From positions 76,898 to 140,897 of the forward strand of contig CAVTEO010000018.1 in the NCBI GenBank assembly GCA_963733805.1: a DNA stretch of 64,000 bases. The letters are read 5' to 3'. The notes beneath the pieces are model-generated. The model had not been told where the DNA came from. It was given only the letters and a program-made list of their open reading frames with translations, and searched no databases. Positions 36,671 to 46,376 of this stretch are shown here, piece by piece. Made by a program: the position numbers and the translations under genes. The first letter of the stretch is position 1. Every line of letters starts with the position of its first letter. The DNA comes from an uncultured Acidobacteriota bacterium (lineage in GTDB: Bacteria > Acidobacteriota > Terriglobia > Terriglobales > Acidobacteriaceae).

Positions 36671-37918
36671 ATGAGGATGCTCACCGACATCATCCGTCAG
36701 TCGCTGGCCACCTTGTGGGCGCACAAGCTCCGTTCCTTTCTCACCATGTTTGGCATTGCCTGGGGCGTCGGATCCCTTCTGCTTTTGGTCGGACTGGGCG
36801 AGGGTTTCCGCAGCGGGCAGACCAGGCAACTGGCCACTCTCGGTCAGGACATCATGTTCATTTTCCCGGGCAGGATTCCGGCCGTCGAAGGCAGCCTGCA
36901 ATCGGGACAGACTTACCACTTCACCTACAACGACTATCTGGCGCTGCGCAACAACGCGCGCACGCTAAAAACCGTCTCGGCCGTCATCAATCGCGAGGAC
37001 ATCCGCGCGGTCAGCGAGTACGGGTCCACCGCCGGACAGGTCTTCGGAGTCGCGCCTGAATACAACCAGATCCGCACCGTCCCGATCGGCACCGGACGCT
37101 GGTTCAACGATCAGGATAATACCGAGCACCGCCGCGTGGCGGTTGTCGGATGGGAGCTTCTGAAAAACGTTTTCCCGGGACGCCCCGCGGTCGACGCCAG
37201 CATGCTGCTCAACGGAGTCCGCTTCAACGTGATTGGAGTGCTCGCGAAAGTCGGGCAGGATGGAAACAACGGAACCAACGCGCGCATCTTTGTACCCATC
37301 GAGACCATGCGCGAATTGTTTCCACTCAAAGGCCAGAACTTCGAGAACGCGGTCTCGTTCATCAATTACCGCCCATTGAACAAAGACGCGCACCTTGCAT
37401 CGAAAGCCGAGGTACACGAGATCATCGCGCGCCGCCACAACTTCAATCCGAAACTGGAAGATGCCTTCGAAGACTGGGACACCATCGAAAACTCGCAGAA
37501 GGTGGGCAAGATCTTCAATGCGATGGATTACTTTCTGGGCGTGGTGGGACTGGTAACGCTGGGATTGGGGGCCATCGGCATCGTCAACATCATGCTGGTC
37601 TCGGTGGCCGAGCGGACCCGCGAAATCGGTTTGCGCAAGGCCCTGGGCGCGACCCACCGCAGCATCATGACGCAGTTCTTCATCGAAGGCGCGTTCCTGA
37701 CCGCGCTCAGCGGCGGCATCGGACTCGCCATCACGGTGGCATTTGTCACTGCGCTCGCCATGCTGCCGGCGCCCGAGGGGTTCGACACCCCGCGGATAGT
37801 GCCGCTGTCAGCAGTAGCCGCAATCGGTTCTCTCGCCATTGCCGGAATCAGTGCCGGGCTTTATCCCGCGCGCAAAGCAGCGCTGTTGCCTCCGGTCGAA
37901 GCGCTGCGGCAGGAATAG
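36671..37918 (+). CDS. ABC transporter permease, MacB/FtsX type (MacB periplasmic core + FtsX domain)
   Basis: ORF 36560..37918, start ATG 36671 (MRMLTDIIRQSLATLWAHKLRSFLTMFGIAWGV). C-terminal ERTREIGLRKALGA motif. Confidence 0.85.
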   Translation: MRMLTDIIRQSLATLWAHKLRSFLTMFGIAWGVGSLLLLVGLGEGFRSGQTRQLATLGQDIMFIFPGRIPAVEGSLQSGQTYHFTYNDYLALRNNARTLKTVSAVINREDIRAVSEYGSTAGQVFGVAPEYNQIRTVPIGTGRWFNDQDNTEHRRVAVVGWELLKNVFPGRPAVDASMLLNGVRFNVIGVLAKVGQDGNNGTNARIFVPIETMRELFPLKGQNFENAVSFINYRPLNKDAHLASKAEVHEIIARRHNFNPKLEDAFEDWDTIENSQKVGKIFNAMDYFLGVVGLVTLGLGAIGIVNIMLVSVAERTREIGLRKALGATHRSIMTQFFIEGAFLTALSGGIGLAITVAFVTALAMLPAPEGFDTPRIVPLSAVAAIGSLAIAGISAGLYPARKAALLPPVEALRQE

Positions 37919-37919
37919 C

Positions 37920-39158
37920 ATGATCCTCAACCTTTTCCGGCAAGCCTATGAAGCGTTGCGCCACAACCGGCGGCGCAGTTTCCTCACCATGCTGGGCATG
38001 GCCTGGGGGATCGCTACGGTGGTATTGCTTCTCGCCTACGGCGCCGGATTTGAACGCGGCCTGTGGGCGGCATTCCGTTCGTTCGGCACGAATCTGGTCT
38101 TCGTATTTCCCGGCCGTACTTCCATGCAGGTGGGCGGGACCAAGGCCGGATCTGAAGTTCGCCTCACCATGCTCGATTTCGAACACATCCAGGCGGAAGT
38201 GCCGTTTCTGAAGCGCAGTTCCCCGGAGGTCGCCAAGCAGTGCACGGTCGCCTACGGCGCGCGCAGCGGAAACTACAGCGTCAGCGGCGTCTATGCGAGC
38301 TATCCGCGCATGCGCCGCATGGAATTCTCCGACGGCAGCGCCTTCAGCGAGGCCGACGACTTCACGCACACCCGTGTCGCCTTTATCGGCGCCGACCTCA
38401 AGCAGAAGCTGTTCTCTGGGCAGAATGCCATCGGCGAAAGCATCCGGGTCGACGGCATTTCCTACCAGATCGTGGGCGTGCTTAAACACGTGATCAACAA
38501 CAACGACGACAACCTGAATGGCCACGTCTACGTGCCGTTCAGCGGCGTCAGCGACATCAAGAACAAGCAGTACCTGAACGCGATTGTGATGGAGTACGAA
38601 GGCGATCACGAAAAAGTCGTGAAGGCCCTGCGTTCTTCCCTCGCCTTCCATCACAATTTCGATCCCAAGGACAAGCGCGCCGTCTTCGTTTTCGACGTGT
38701 TCGCCGACCTGCTCGACCTGCGTGTGATCACCACCGGCATCAAAATCCTGCTGGGCTTTATCGGCCTGCTGACGCTCGGCATCGGCGGAGTTGGCCTGAT
38801 GAACATCATGCTGGTCTCCGTGACGCAGCGCACGCGCGAAATCGGAGTGGAGAAAGCGCTGGGCGCGCGCCGCTGGCACATCCTGTTCCAGTTCCTGTCG
38901 GAAGCGCTGGTGATCACATTTCTGGGAGGGCTGGCAGGAGTGGCGCTGGCCTACCTGGTATCGTGGACGGTGGGTTCGCTAACATTGTGGAGCGCGTTTG
39001 AGACGAATGCCAGCGAGGGCGACATTCACCTGAAGATCGAAGCCAGCACGTTGATTGCGTCAACGCTGATCCTGAGTTTTGTCGGAATCGTCAGCGGGAT
39101 GCTGCCGGCGATTAAGGCGGCGAGGTTGGATCCCATTGAGGCTCTGAGGTATGAGTAG
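37920..39158 (+). CDS. ABC transporter permease, MacB/FtsX type (paralogue of the preceding gene)
   Basis: ORF 37839..39158, start ATG 37920, 1 nt after the upstream stop. LRHNRRRSFLTMLGMAWGI and QRTREIGVEKALGA motifs. No ATPase gene is adjacent. Confidence 0.85.
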   Translation: MILNLFRQAYEALRHNRRRSFLTMLGMAWGIATVVLLLAYGAGFERGLWAAFRSFGTNLVFVFPGRTSMQVGGTKAGSEVRLTMLDFEHIQAEVPFLKRSSPEVAKQCTVAYGARSGNYSVSGVYASYPRMRRMEFSDGSAFSEADDFTHTRVAFIGADLKQKLFSGQNAIGESIRVDGISYQIVGVLKHVINNNDDNLNGHVYVPFSGVSDIKNKQYLNAIVMEYEGDHEKVVKALRSSLAFHHNFDPKDKRAVFVFDVFADLLDLRVITTGIKILLGFIGLLTLGIGGVGLMNIMLVSVTQRTREIGVEKALGARRWHILFQFLSEALVITFLGGLAGVALAYLVSWTVGSLTLWSAFETNASEGDIHLKIEASTLIASTLILSFVGIVSGMLPAIKAARLDPIEALRYE

Positions 39159-39161
39159 GGC

Positions 39162-39192
39162 AGGTCTCAGGTCTCAGGTCACAGGTCACAGG
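39162..39192 (+). repeat. heptad array directly after stop codon (AGGTCTC x2, AGGTCAC x2)
   Basis: TAG(39156-39158) ggc AGGTCTC AGGTCTC AGGTCAC AGGTCAC agg. Confidence 0.85.
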
Positions 39193-39305
39193 GCCCCCCA
39201 AATTTGTCATCCTGAGCGAAGCGAAGGACCTGCTTTCTCTGAAGCCCAGCATTTCCAGCGGGTCGAGAACCCATTGCAACCCCGGCTGACGAAGCTGGCC
39301 TTTTT

Positions 39306-39326
39306 CTGAGACCTAAAGACTGAGAC
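39306..39326 (-). repeat. heptad array directly after the stop codon of the convergent minus-strand gene
   Basis: Minus-strand reading: TAG(39329-39327) GTCTCAG TCTTTAG GTCTCAG aaaaa. Same GGTCTCA-type unit as 39162-39192, in each gene's sense orientation. Confidence 0.8.
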
Positions 39327-40469
39327 CTAATCCTTCAACAGCTGCCTGGCAATCACCAGCCTCTGAATCTCACTCGTCCCCTCGCCGATCGTGCACAGCT
39401 TCACGTCGCGATAGAACTTCTCGGCCGGATAGTCCTTGATGAATCCGTACCCGCCATGAATCTGCACGCCTTCGTTCGCGCAACGCACAGCGACTTCGCT
39501 GGCGTAAAGCTTGGCCATCGAGGACTCAAGCGTCGTTTTCATGCCTGCATCTTTCATCGAAGCCGCCCGCATAGTCAGAAGCTTGGCGGCTTCAATTTCG
39601 GTGGCCATGTCGGCCAGTTTCCACTGGATCGCCTGGAAGTCACTGATAGCTTTGCCGAACTGCTTGCGTTCCTTGGAATAATTAAGCGCGGCTTCGTAAG
39701 CACCCTCGGCCATGCCGAGCGACAAAGCGGCGATCGAGATGCGCCCGCCGTCGAGCACGCGCATCGCGTCGATGAAGCCATTGCCTTCGTGGCCCAGCAA
39801 GTTATCAGCCGGGAGAAAACAATCTTCAAAAATCAGTTCAGCCGTGTCGCTCGCCCGGAGGCCCAGCTTGTTTTCTTTTTTGCCGGGACGGAACCCCTTC
39901 GTGTCTTTCTCAACGATGAATGCCGAAAGCCCATGGGTGTGCGCGGCTCGATCGGTGACTGCCAGCACGACCAGCACGTCGGCGTAATGTCCGTTGGTGA
40001 TGAACGTCTTGGTGCCGTTCAGAACCCACCCGCCCTTGGCCTTGGAGGCGGTCATGCGCGCGCTGCCCGCGTCCGAACCCGACGACGGCTCGGTCAGCCC
40101 CCACGCGCCAATGAATTCGCCGCTCGCCAGCTTCGGGATATATTTCTTTTTCTGGCACTCACTGCCCGCGACAAAGATGTGATTTGAGCCCAACGAAGTA
40201 TGCGCCGCCACGATGATGCCAACTGACCCGTCGACGCGCGACAGTTCTTCGATCACGGTCACGTACTCGACGTAGCCCATCCCGGCCCCGCCGTATTCAG
40301 GCGGGAAGATCGTGCCCAGCATACCCAGCTTGCCGAGTTCCTTGATGGTGGGCAGGGGAAACTCGCCGGCCTCGTCCCACTTCATCACGTTGGGCAGAAT
40401 CTCGCGCTCGGCAAACTCGCGCACGCTCTTTTTCAGATGGAGCTGTTCGTCGTTGAGCTGAAAATCCAA
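39327..40469 (-). CDS. acyl-CoA dehydrogenase (short/branched-chain type)
   Basis: ORF 39327..40541. Preferred TTG start at 40469, 4 nt after AGGAGG, giving the typical (M)DFQLNDEQ N-terminus. ACAD blocks [14 protein letters not shown] and [16 protein letters not shown]. Confidence 0.9.
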   Translation of the reverse strand: MDFQLNDEQLHLKKSVREFAEREILPNVMKWDEAGEFPLPTIKELGKLGMLGTIFPPEYGGAGMGYVEYVTVIEELSRVDGSVGIIVAAHTSLGSNHIFVAGSECQKKKYIPKLASGEFIGAWGLTEPSSGSDAGSARMTASKAKGGWVLNGTKTFITNGHYADVLVVLAVTDRAAHTHGLSAFIVEKDTKGFRPGKKENKLGLRASDTAELIFEDCFLPADNLLGHEGNGFIDAMRVLDGGRISIAALSLGMAEGAYEAALNYSKERKQFGKAISDFQAIQWKLADMATEIEAAKLLTMRAASMKDAGMKTTLESSMAKLYASEVAVRCANEGVQIHGGYGFIKDYPAEKFYRDVKLCTIGEGTSEIQRLVIARQLLKD

Positions 40470-40735
40470 AACGCCTCCTGCGCCTGCAAAGACAGTCTGG
40501 GGCGGACCGGGTGAAGTGCGGATGCCGCGTGCTGCCAACACATCGATTAGAGCATGATGCGGCGAGCGGGAAAAGTTACCTTGGCAGGGAAATCACGAAA
40601 TCGCGCGGAGCCGCATGGATACTGGGGCTGAAGCACATGCGAGGCATCGATCCAACCGACCGAACGGTTAGAGGAATCGTGCGTAAGTCTTCAAGCTTGG
40701 CCTTTGGGAAGCAGTGCGTGGCAAGACTCGCAGAA

Positions 40736-40866
40736 GGCCTTTAACCGCAAAGTACGCGAAGGACTCGCAAAGATCGCAAAGAAAACCGCCCCCGTTTCCT
40801 CTTGCTTTCGTTCCGTTTTTCTTGGCGAGCTTTGCGAAACCTCTGCGCCCTTGGCGGTTAAAAGGC
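40736..40866. repeat. MITE/REP-like element with ~50-nt imperfect inverted arms; partial copy at 47585-47640
   Basis: Left arm ggcctttaaccgcaaagtacgcgaaggactcgcaaagatcgcaaagaaaa. Right arm tttttcttggcgagctttgcgaaacctctgcgcccttggcggttaaaaggc. 47588-47616 reads cttttcttcgcgaactttgcggttaaaagc. Confidence 0.65.
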
Positions 40867-40879
40867 TTTCCACGGCGTA

Positions 40880-42070
40880 TCACGAAGCACTCCCCGCGGC
40901 ACATCCCAGAAACCGCTCGAACACTTCGTTCGAAAGCAACCGCCCGCGAGAGGTAAGACGAACGCGGTCCCCTTCCCGAGCCACCAATCCAGTCTGCTCG
41001 AGGTCCGCAAGGATTGGCGACACCATTGCCATCGCATGCTCTCCAAACTCGTCGCGCACGCCATAAAAGTCTACGCCCCGGTTCAGCCGCAGCCCCAGGA
41101 AGAACGTCTCCTCGAGCGCCATCTCGCGCGACACGTCCGTCCGCTGCAAAGGCCCCCCAGCCACGAACCGATCCAGGGAATCCAACGTCGAAAAGCGCAC
41201 CGCGTTCAATGCATTGTTTGTCGACGGCAGCATCGAATGCGCGTCCACGCCGAAGCCCAGATACGGCTGCCGCGTCCAGTACTTCAAGTTGTGGCGCGAC
41301 TCGTATCCCGCGCGGCCGAAATTCGAAATCTCGTACTGCGCGATGCCAGCCGTATTCAGCCGATCGCAGGCCGTCTCGTACAAGTCTGCAGTGAGTTCTT
41401 CCTCCGGCACAAAATGCGCATGATACTTTGTGCCTCCGGCAATCAGCTCGCGCCCCAAACGCGAATCCTCATCGACTTCCAGCATGTAAATGCTCACGTG
41501 AGGAACGCCCAGCGCGATCGCCGATTCCAGCGAGATATTCCAGCTGTCCCGCGTCTGGTGCGGCAGGCCGGCAATCAGGTCGACATTGATATTCGAAATC
41601 CCGGCGCTTCGCAGGCGCGCAACGTCATCCAGTACGGTCTCGCGTTTATGCAGCCGCCCCACCGAGGTCGCTTCCTGATCCACAAACGACTGCACGCCCA
41701 GGCTGACGCGGTTCACCCCACAGCGCAGCAGCGTCTCCAGCACCGTAGGCGTCAGCGTCCCGGGCGCGCACTCCACCGTGACCTCGGCCCCGGGGAGCCA
41801 AGAGAAGGTTTGCCTCACCGTCACAAACAGCCGCTCCAGTTGTTCAGAATTCAAAACCGTGGGGGTCCCGCCGCCCAGGTAAACGGAGTCCACCTCGCGT
41901 TCGACCCTCCCGCCCATCGTTTGAGCGGTCTCTAGGGTAGTATGTATGTCCGCGCACACGCGATCTACGTAGCGCGTGAACACCGCGCTGGAAAAAACGT
42001 CGGATGCGAAGTTGCAATAGGTACACTTCGTGCGACAGAAGGGAACCGATAGATAAAGGCCGAGCGGCAT
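40880..42070 (-). CDS. hemW: radical SAM heme chaperone HemW (HemN-like, coproporphyrinogen oxidase family)
   Basis: 396-aa ORF. CxxxCxxC cluster motif (VPFCRTKCTYCNF) and HemN_C-like C-terminus. Confidence 0.85.
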   Translation of the reverse strand: MPLGLYLSVPFCRTKCTYCNFASDVFSSAVFTRYVDRVCADIHTTLETAQTMGGRVEREVDSVYLGGGTPTVLNSEQLERLFVTVRQTFSWLPGAEVTVECAPGTLTPTVLETLLRCGVNRVSLGVQSFVDQEATSVGRLHKRETVLDDVARLRSAGISNINVDLIAGLPHQTRDSWNISLESAIALGVPHVSIYMLEVDEDSRLGRELIAGGTKYHAHFVPEEELTADLYETACDRLNTAGIAQYEISNFGRAGYESRHNLKYWTRQPYLGFGVDAHSMLPSTNNALNAVRFSTLDSLDRFVAGGPLQRTDVSREMALEETFFLGLRLNRGVDFYGVRDEFGEHAMAMVSPILADLEQTGLVAREGDRVRLTSRGRLLSNEVFERFLGCAAGSAS

Positions 42071-42156
42071 GCTCCCTGATTATCCCATTTTGAACGTGGC
42101 TGCCCACTCGCCTTACAACGAATTCGGCTTTCGGGGCCATCTGAACTAATTCACGC

Positions 42157-43413
42157 ATGACTCGCGTCGTCATCACCGGGATGGGCGTGGTCAGCCCCAA
42201 CGGCATCGGCAAAGAGGCATTTGCCCGTGCCGTGCTCGAAGGTAAATCGGGCATCAAGCGCATCCGGCGCTTCGATCCCTGCGGCCTGCCCGTGCACATC
42301 GCGGGAGAAATTCCGGAATTCGACGAACTGGCCTGGGTGGACGCACGCGAGCGCAAGCACGTGTCGCGCGTCGTGCCGCTGGCCATGGCGGCCTCCGATG
42401 AAGCCCTCAAGGACGCAGGCCTCGACTATGCGTCCATGTCGCTCGACCAGCAGCGCGAGATCGGCGTGATTCTCGGCTCGGGCGGCGGCGCCCAGGAATT
42501 TTCCGAAGAGCAATACCGGCTCTGGCATTCCGGGCACGTGAAGCAAGTCAGCCTGTTCTGCATCCCGAGCGGGACCATGGGCACGATTTCGAGCGAAGTC
42601 TCCATGCGCTTCGGCTGCCGCGGCTACAGCCACGTGGTGACCGCGGGCTGCACATCCTCGAGCGACGCCCTGGGATACGCCTACCAGCACATCCAGGCCG
42701 GAGTGCAGTCGATGTTCCTCGCGGGCGGCGTGGATGCGCCCATCACGCCCGGCATCATCAAGGGATACTCGCTGCTGCGCGCGCTGACGCAATCGTGGAA
42801 CGACCAGCCCGAGCGCGCGTCGCGTCCCTTCTCCGCCGATCGCGACGGTTTCGTGCTGGCCGAAGGGTCGTGGATGTTCGTGCTCGAGGATTACGACCAT
42901 GCTAAGGCCCGGGGGGCGCGCGTGCTTGCCGAGATCGCCGGCTACGCTTCGACCTGCGAGGCATTCCACCGCGTGCGCATGAGCGATTCCCCCGAGGAGC
43001 CGGCGCGCGCCATCACGCTTGCTCTGGAAGAAGCACGGTTATCGCCCAACGACATCGACTACGTGAATCTGCACGGCACCTCCACCGAGATGAACGATCG
43101 TGTCGAGACGCAAGCCTTGAAGCTGGCCTTAGGCGATGCCGCGCGCACCATTCCGATGTCGGGTCTGAAGTCGCAGATTGGCCACGCCCAGGGTGCTTGC
43201 GGGGCAGCCGGGCTGGCTGCCACTCTGGTCGCCATGGAGCAGGGACAGCTTCCGCCAACGGTGAACCTCGAAAAGCCCGACCCCCACTGCGATCTCGACT
43301 ACGTACCCGAGGCGGGACGCAAGGTGCAGGTGGAGCACGCCATCTGCAACTGCGTGGGCTTCGGCTCGAAAAACTCCGCCCTCGTGTTACGTCGGTCACC
43401 TGAAAGCCGATAG
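42157..43413 (+). CDS. fabF: beta-ketoacyl-ACP synthase II
   Basis: 418-aa ORF. RVVITGMGVVSPNG, active-site Cys context VTAGCTSSSDALG, His motifs NLHGTST and QIGHAQGACG. Confidence 0.9.
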   Translation: MTRVVITGMGVVSPNGIGKEAFARAVLEGKSGIKRIRRFDPCGLPVHIAGEIPEFDELAWVDARERKHVSRVVPLAMAASDEALKDAGLDYASMSLDQQREIGVILGSGGGAQEFSEEQYRLWHSGHVKQVSLFCIPSGTMGTISSEVSMRFGCRGYSHVVTAGCTSSSDALGYAYQHIQAGVQSMFLAGGVDAPITPGIIKGYSLLRALTQSWNDQPERASRPFSADRDGFVLAEGSWMFVLEDYDHAKARGARVLAEIAGYASTCEAFHRVRMSDSPEEPARAITLALEEARLSPNDIDYVNLHGTSTEMNDRVETQALKLALGDAARTIPMSGLKSQIGHAQGACGAAGLAATLVAMEQGQLPPTVNLEKPDPHCDLDYVPEAGRKVQVEHAICNCVGFGSKNSALVLRRSPESR

Positions 43414-43457
43414 AAACCGTAGCCCAGCCTACCCGGCCTCGCTAAAATTCGCCCATT

Positions 43458-43988
43458 GTGTTCAAGCATGGGGTGGCGCTGGGGTTCGTGCTTTCCGTGG
43501 GATTTGTTTCCACGATGCAGGGGCAGGACAGCTCTGCCACTCCGCCTTCCTACCTGATGCGCCTGGTCCACGCCCATGTCTACGAGAATGATTGCGTGCT
43601 GGTGCGCGGCGACGGCCAATATCACCTGGAGCGCGAAACCGCCCAGAAAACCGAAATCTTTGAAGGCATGCTTCCCCTGCCCGAGTTGCAGAAGGTCGAG
43701 CGCTTCCTGTCTGCCGACGAACTAATGGCGTTGAACGATGACAAGCTGTTAAAGCCCACGTCCACCGGCCCCAGCGTGCAGGTGATTCTTAGCGTTCATC
43801 GCCCCGGTCACTGGCAGAACCTGACTTTCGCTGAGCCGGGATCGTGGGAGTCCTATCACGACAGCGTCGTGCCGCTGATCAAGTGGCTGGAAGAAATGCG
43901 CAAAGCAAAGAACCGGGTGAAATTGCGGGAAGAGATCGCCCGCAACAATTGCCTGCCGCCCCCGAAGCTGGAACTGAAGACGCGGTGA
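43458..43988 (+). CDS. hypothetical secreted protein
   Basis: 176-aa ORF, GTG start, signal-like N-terminus. No recognisable domain. Confidence 0.45.
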   Translation: MFKHGVALGFVLSVGFVSTMQGQDSSATPPSYLMRLVHAHVYENDCVLVRGDGQYHLERETAQKTEIFEGMLPLPELQKVERFLSADELMALNDDKLLKPTSTGPSVQVILSVHRPGHWQNLTFAEPGSWESYHDSVVPLIKWLEEMRKAKNRVKLREEIARNNCLPPPKLELKTR

Positions 43989-44016
43989 GCCGCGAGCCAC
44001 GAGCCACGAGCCACGG
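43989..44016 (+). repeat. heptad array directly after stop codon (GCCRCGR x4)
   Basis: TGA(43986-43988) GCCGCGA GCCACGA GCCACGA GCCACGG. Confidence 0.85.
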
Positions 44017-44183
44017 CCTAAAACCCCCAAGAACACTGTGGTTCTGGCGAACTCACCCCTGTTATTCCCCCCTGTCATCCCGAGCGAAGTGAGGCGCCAG
44101 CCGAACGCAGTCGAGCGACCTTGCGTTTCTATTAGTTGGATCTTGACACCGATGGAAATACACGAAGCATTGGCACAAGCTTG

Positions 44184-44211
44184 CTCATAGCTCGTAGCTC
44201 ACTGCTCAAAG
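44184..44211 (+). repeat. heptad array CTCATAG CTCGTAG CTCACTG CTCAAAG in the msbA-like 5' region
   Basis: Read directly. Period 7, conserved CTC...G positions. Confidence 0.7.
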
Positions 44212-44270
44212 CTTTTTCCATCTTTGCCCCCACCCCAGCCATCTATTACTCTTGTTGCAGTAGCGGCGCT

Positions 44271-46281
44271 ATGGCGAATCAGGAAGAAGAGGTTTTAGGG
44301 AAAGCGTACGACGCGCGCCTGATGCGGCGCCTGCTGACCTACCTTCGCCCTTATGGGTGGCAGGTGGTGGTCGCGCTGAGCGCCATCATTTTCAAGGCTG
44401 GACTCGACGTGCTCGGCCCCTTCCTCACCAAGGTAGCCATCGATAAGTACCTCTCGCACGTAGCCACATCGAACTCGTTTCTCGATCGCTGGTTAAGTTC
44501 GTCGCCGCTGAAAGGCATCGCGCAACTCGCCGCTCTGTACGTCGGAGCACTGGTCCTCAGCTTTTTCTGTGATTTCCTGCAGACCTACTACATGCAGTGG
44601 ACCGGCCAGATGGTAATGTTCGACCTGCGCAGCCAGATCTTCCGCCATTTGCAGCGCATGCACATCGGCTTCTACGACCGCAACCCGGTCGGCCGCCTGG
44701 TCACGCGCGTCACCACCGACGTCGATGCGCTCAACGAAATGTTCACCGCGGGCGTGGTCTCGATCTTCGAGGACGTGTTCGTGCTGCTTGGCATCATCCT
44801 GATCATGATGACGTTGAACTGGAAGCTCGCCTTGATGACACTTGCGGTGCTTCCGTTCATCATCTGGGCGACGATGATTTTCCGGGTGAAAGTCCGCGAT
44901 TCTTATCGCCGCATTCGCGTCGCCATCGCCCGCATCAATTCCTACTTGCAGGAAGCTGTTTCAGGCATGCTGGTGCTGCAGTTGTTTAATCGCGAGAAGC
45001 GCGCCTACCGGCAGTTTTCCGACATCAACGCGAGCCACATGGTAGCGTTCAAAGACGCCATCATGGCCTACGCTGTGTACTACCCGGTGGTCGAAATTCT
45101 TTCGCAGATTGCCGTGGCCACGATTGTTTGGTTTGGTGGACGCGAAGTGATCCAACACGTTCACATCGCGAGTTTGGCTTTTGATTTTAGCCGCCAACAT
45201 ATTCCTGTCGTACGCTTCGTAGTGGATACCGCCACCATCGGCGTGCTTTTTGCTTTTACGCAGTATGCATTGCGGTTCTTCCGTCCTATCCAGGACCTCA
45301 GCGACAAGTACAACATTCTGCAGTCGGCGATGGCATCGGCCGAACGCGTTTTCAAATTGCTCGACACGCCGGTCGACATCACCTCGCCCGCGGTCACTAA
45401 AAAGCCCGAAGGCCCGGGCCGCATCGAGTTCGACCACGTCTGGTTCAGCTACGGAGTGCGGGGCACCGCGGCCGACACCTTGCACCGGAAGGCAGAGGCC
45501 GATTCATCCTCGGGCGACAGCTCCTCCGGAGCCGCGGAAATGGACTGGGTGCTGCGCGATGTTTCTTTCGCCATCGATCCCGGCGAGACCATCGCCGTCG
45601 TCGGCCACACCGGCGCCGGCAAGACGACGCTGATCTCGCTGCTGCTGCGCTTCTACGATGTGCAGAAGGGCGCCATTCTCATCGACGGCGTCGATATCAA
45701 GGACATGGACCTGGACGACCTGCGCCGCCGCTTCGGCGTCGTGCTGCAGGATCCGTTCCTGTTCTCGGGCACGGTGGGCGGAAACATCCGGCTGGGTTCG
45801 GAGTGGATCGCCGATCAGGACGTCGAGAAGGCCGCCGAAGAGGTGAATCTCGCAGACTTTATCCGCAGCCTGCCCGGCGGTTACGGCGAAGAAGTGCGCG
45901 AACGCGGGCTCGACGCTGTCGACCGGGCAGAAGCAGTTGATCTCGTTTGCGCGCGCCCTGGCCCACAATCCGCAGATTCTGATTCTCGACGAAGCCACTT
46001 CGAGCGTCGATACGGAAACCGAATTCCGGGTGCGCGACGCGCTGAGCCGCATGGTCGAGGGCCGCACGTCGCTGGTGATCGCGCACCGGCTGTCGACCGT
46101 GCAACGCGCCGACAAGATCATCGTCATGCACAAGGGCAAGGTCCGCGAAATGGGCACGCACCAGCAACTGCTCGCCCAGCGCGGCGTCTATTACAAGCTC
46201 TACCAGCTGCAGTACAAGGACCAGGAAATTCCCGTCTCCTCGGCCAGGACGCCCGAAGTCACAGCCAGCGCCGACGACTAA
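44271..46281 (+). pseudogene. ABC transporter permease/ATP-binding protein, MsbA-like exporter; single frame break at 45906-45909
   Basis: ORF 44136..46325, start ATG 44271. Six-TM ABC exporter domain and Walker A GHTGAGKTT. After EVRERG the ABC signature and Walker B ([34 protein letters not shown]...[10 protein letters not shown]) continue in ORF 45937..46281. Removing one G from CGCGGGCTCG restores the frame. Confidence 0.8.
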
Positions 46282-46376
46282 AAACGGTCCACGTGAGGGC
46301 GTCTGCCGCTACGTGGTATTCTTAAGTGCGCGACTCGAAAACATCGAGAATCCCACACCCTCGCTACAATACCTCC

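Noticed and set aside
36965-38879. Minus-strand ORFs 36965..37657 and 37848..38879
   Set aside because: They are antisense to the two MacB/FtsX permease genes.
41036-42969. ORFs 41036..41935 (+) and 42151..42969 (-)
   Set aside because: They are antisense to hemW and fabF respectively.
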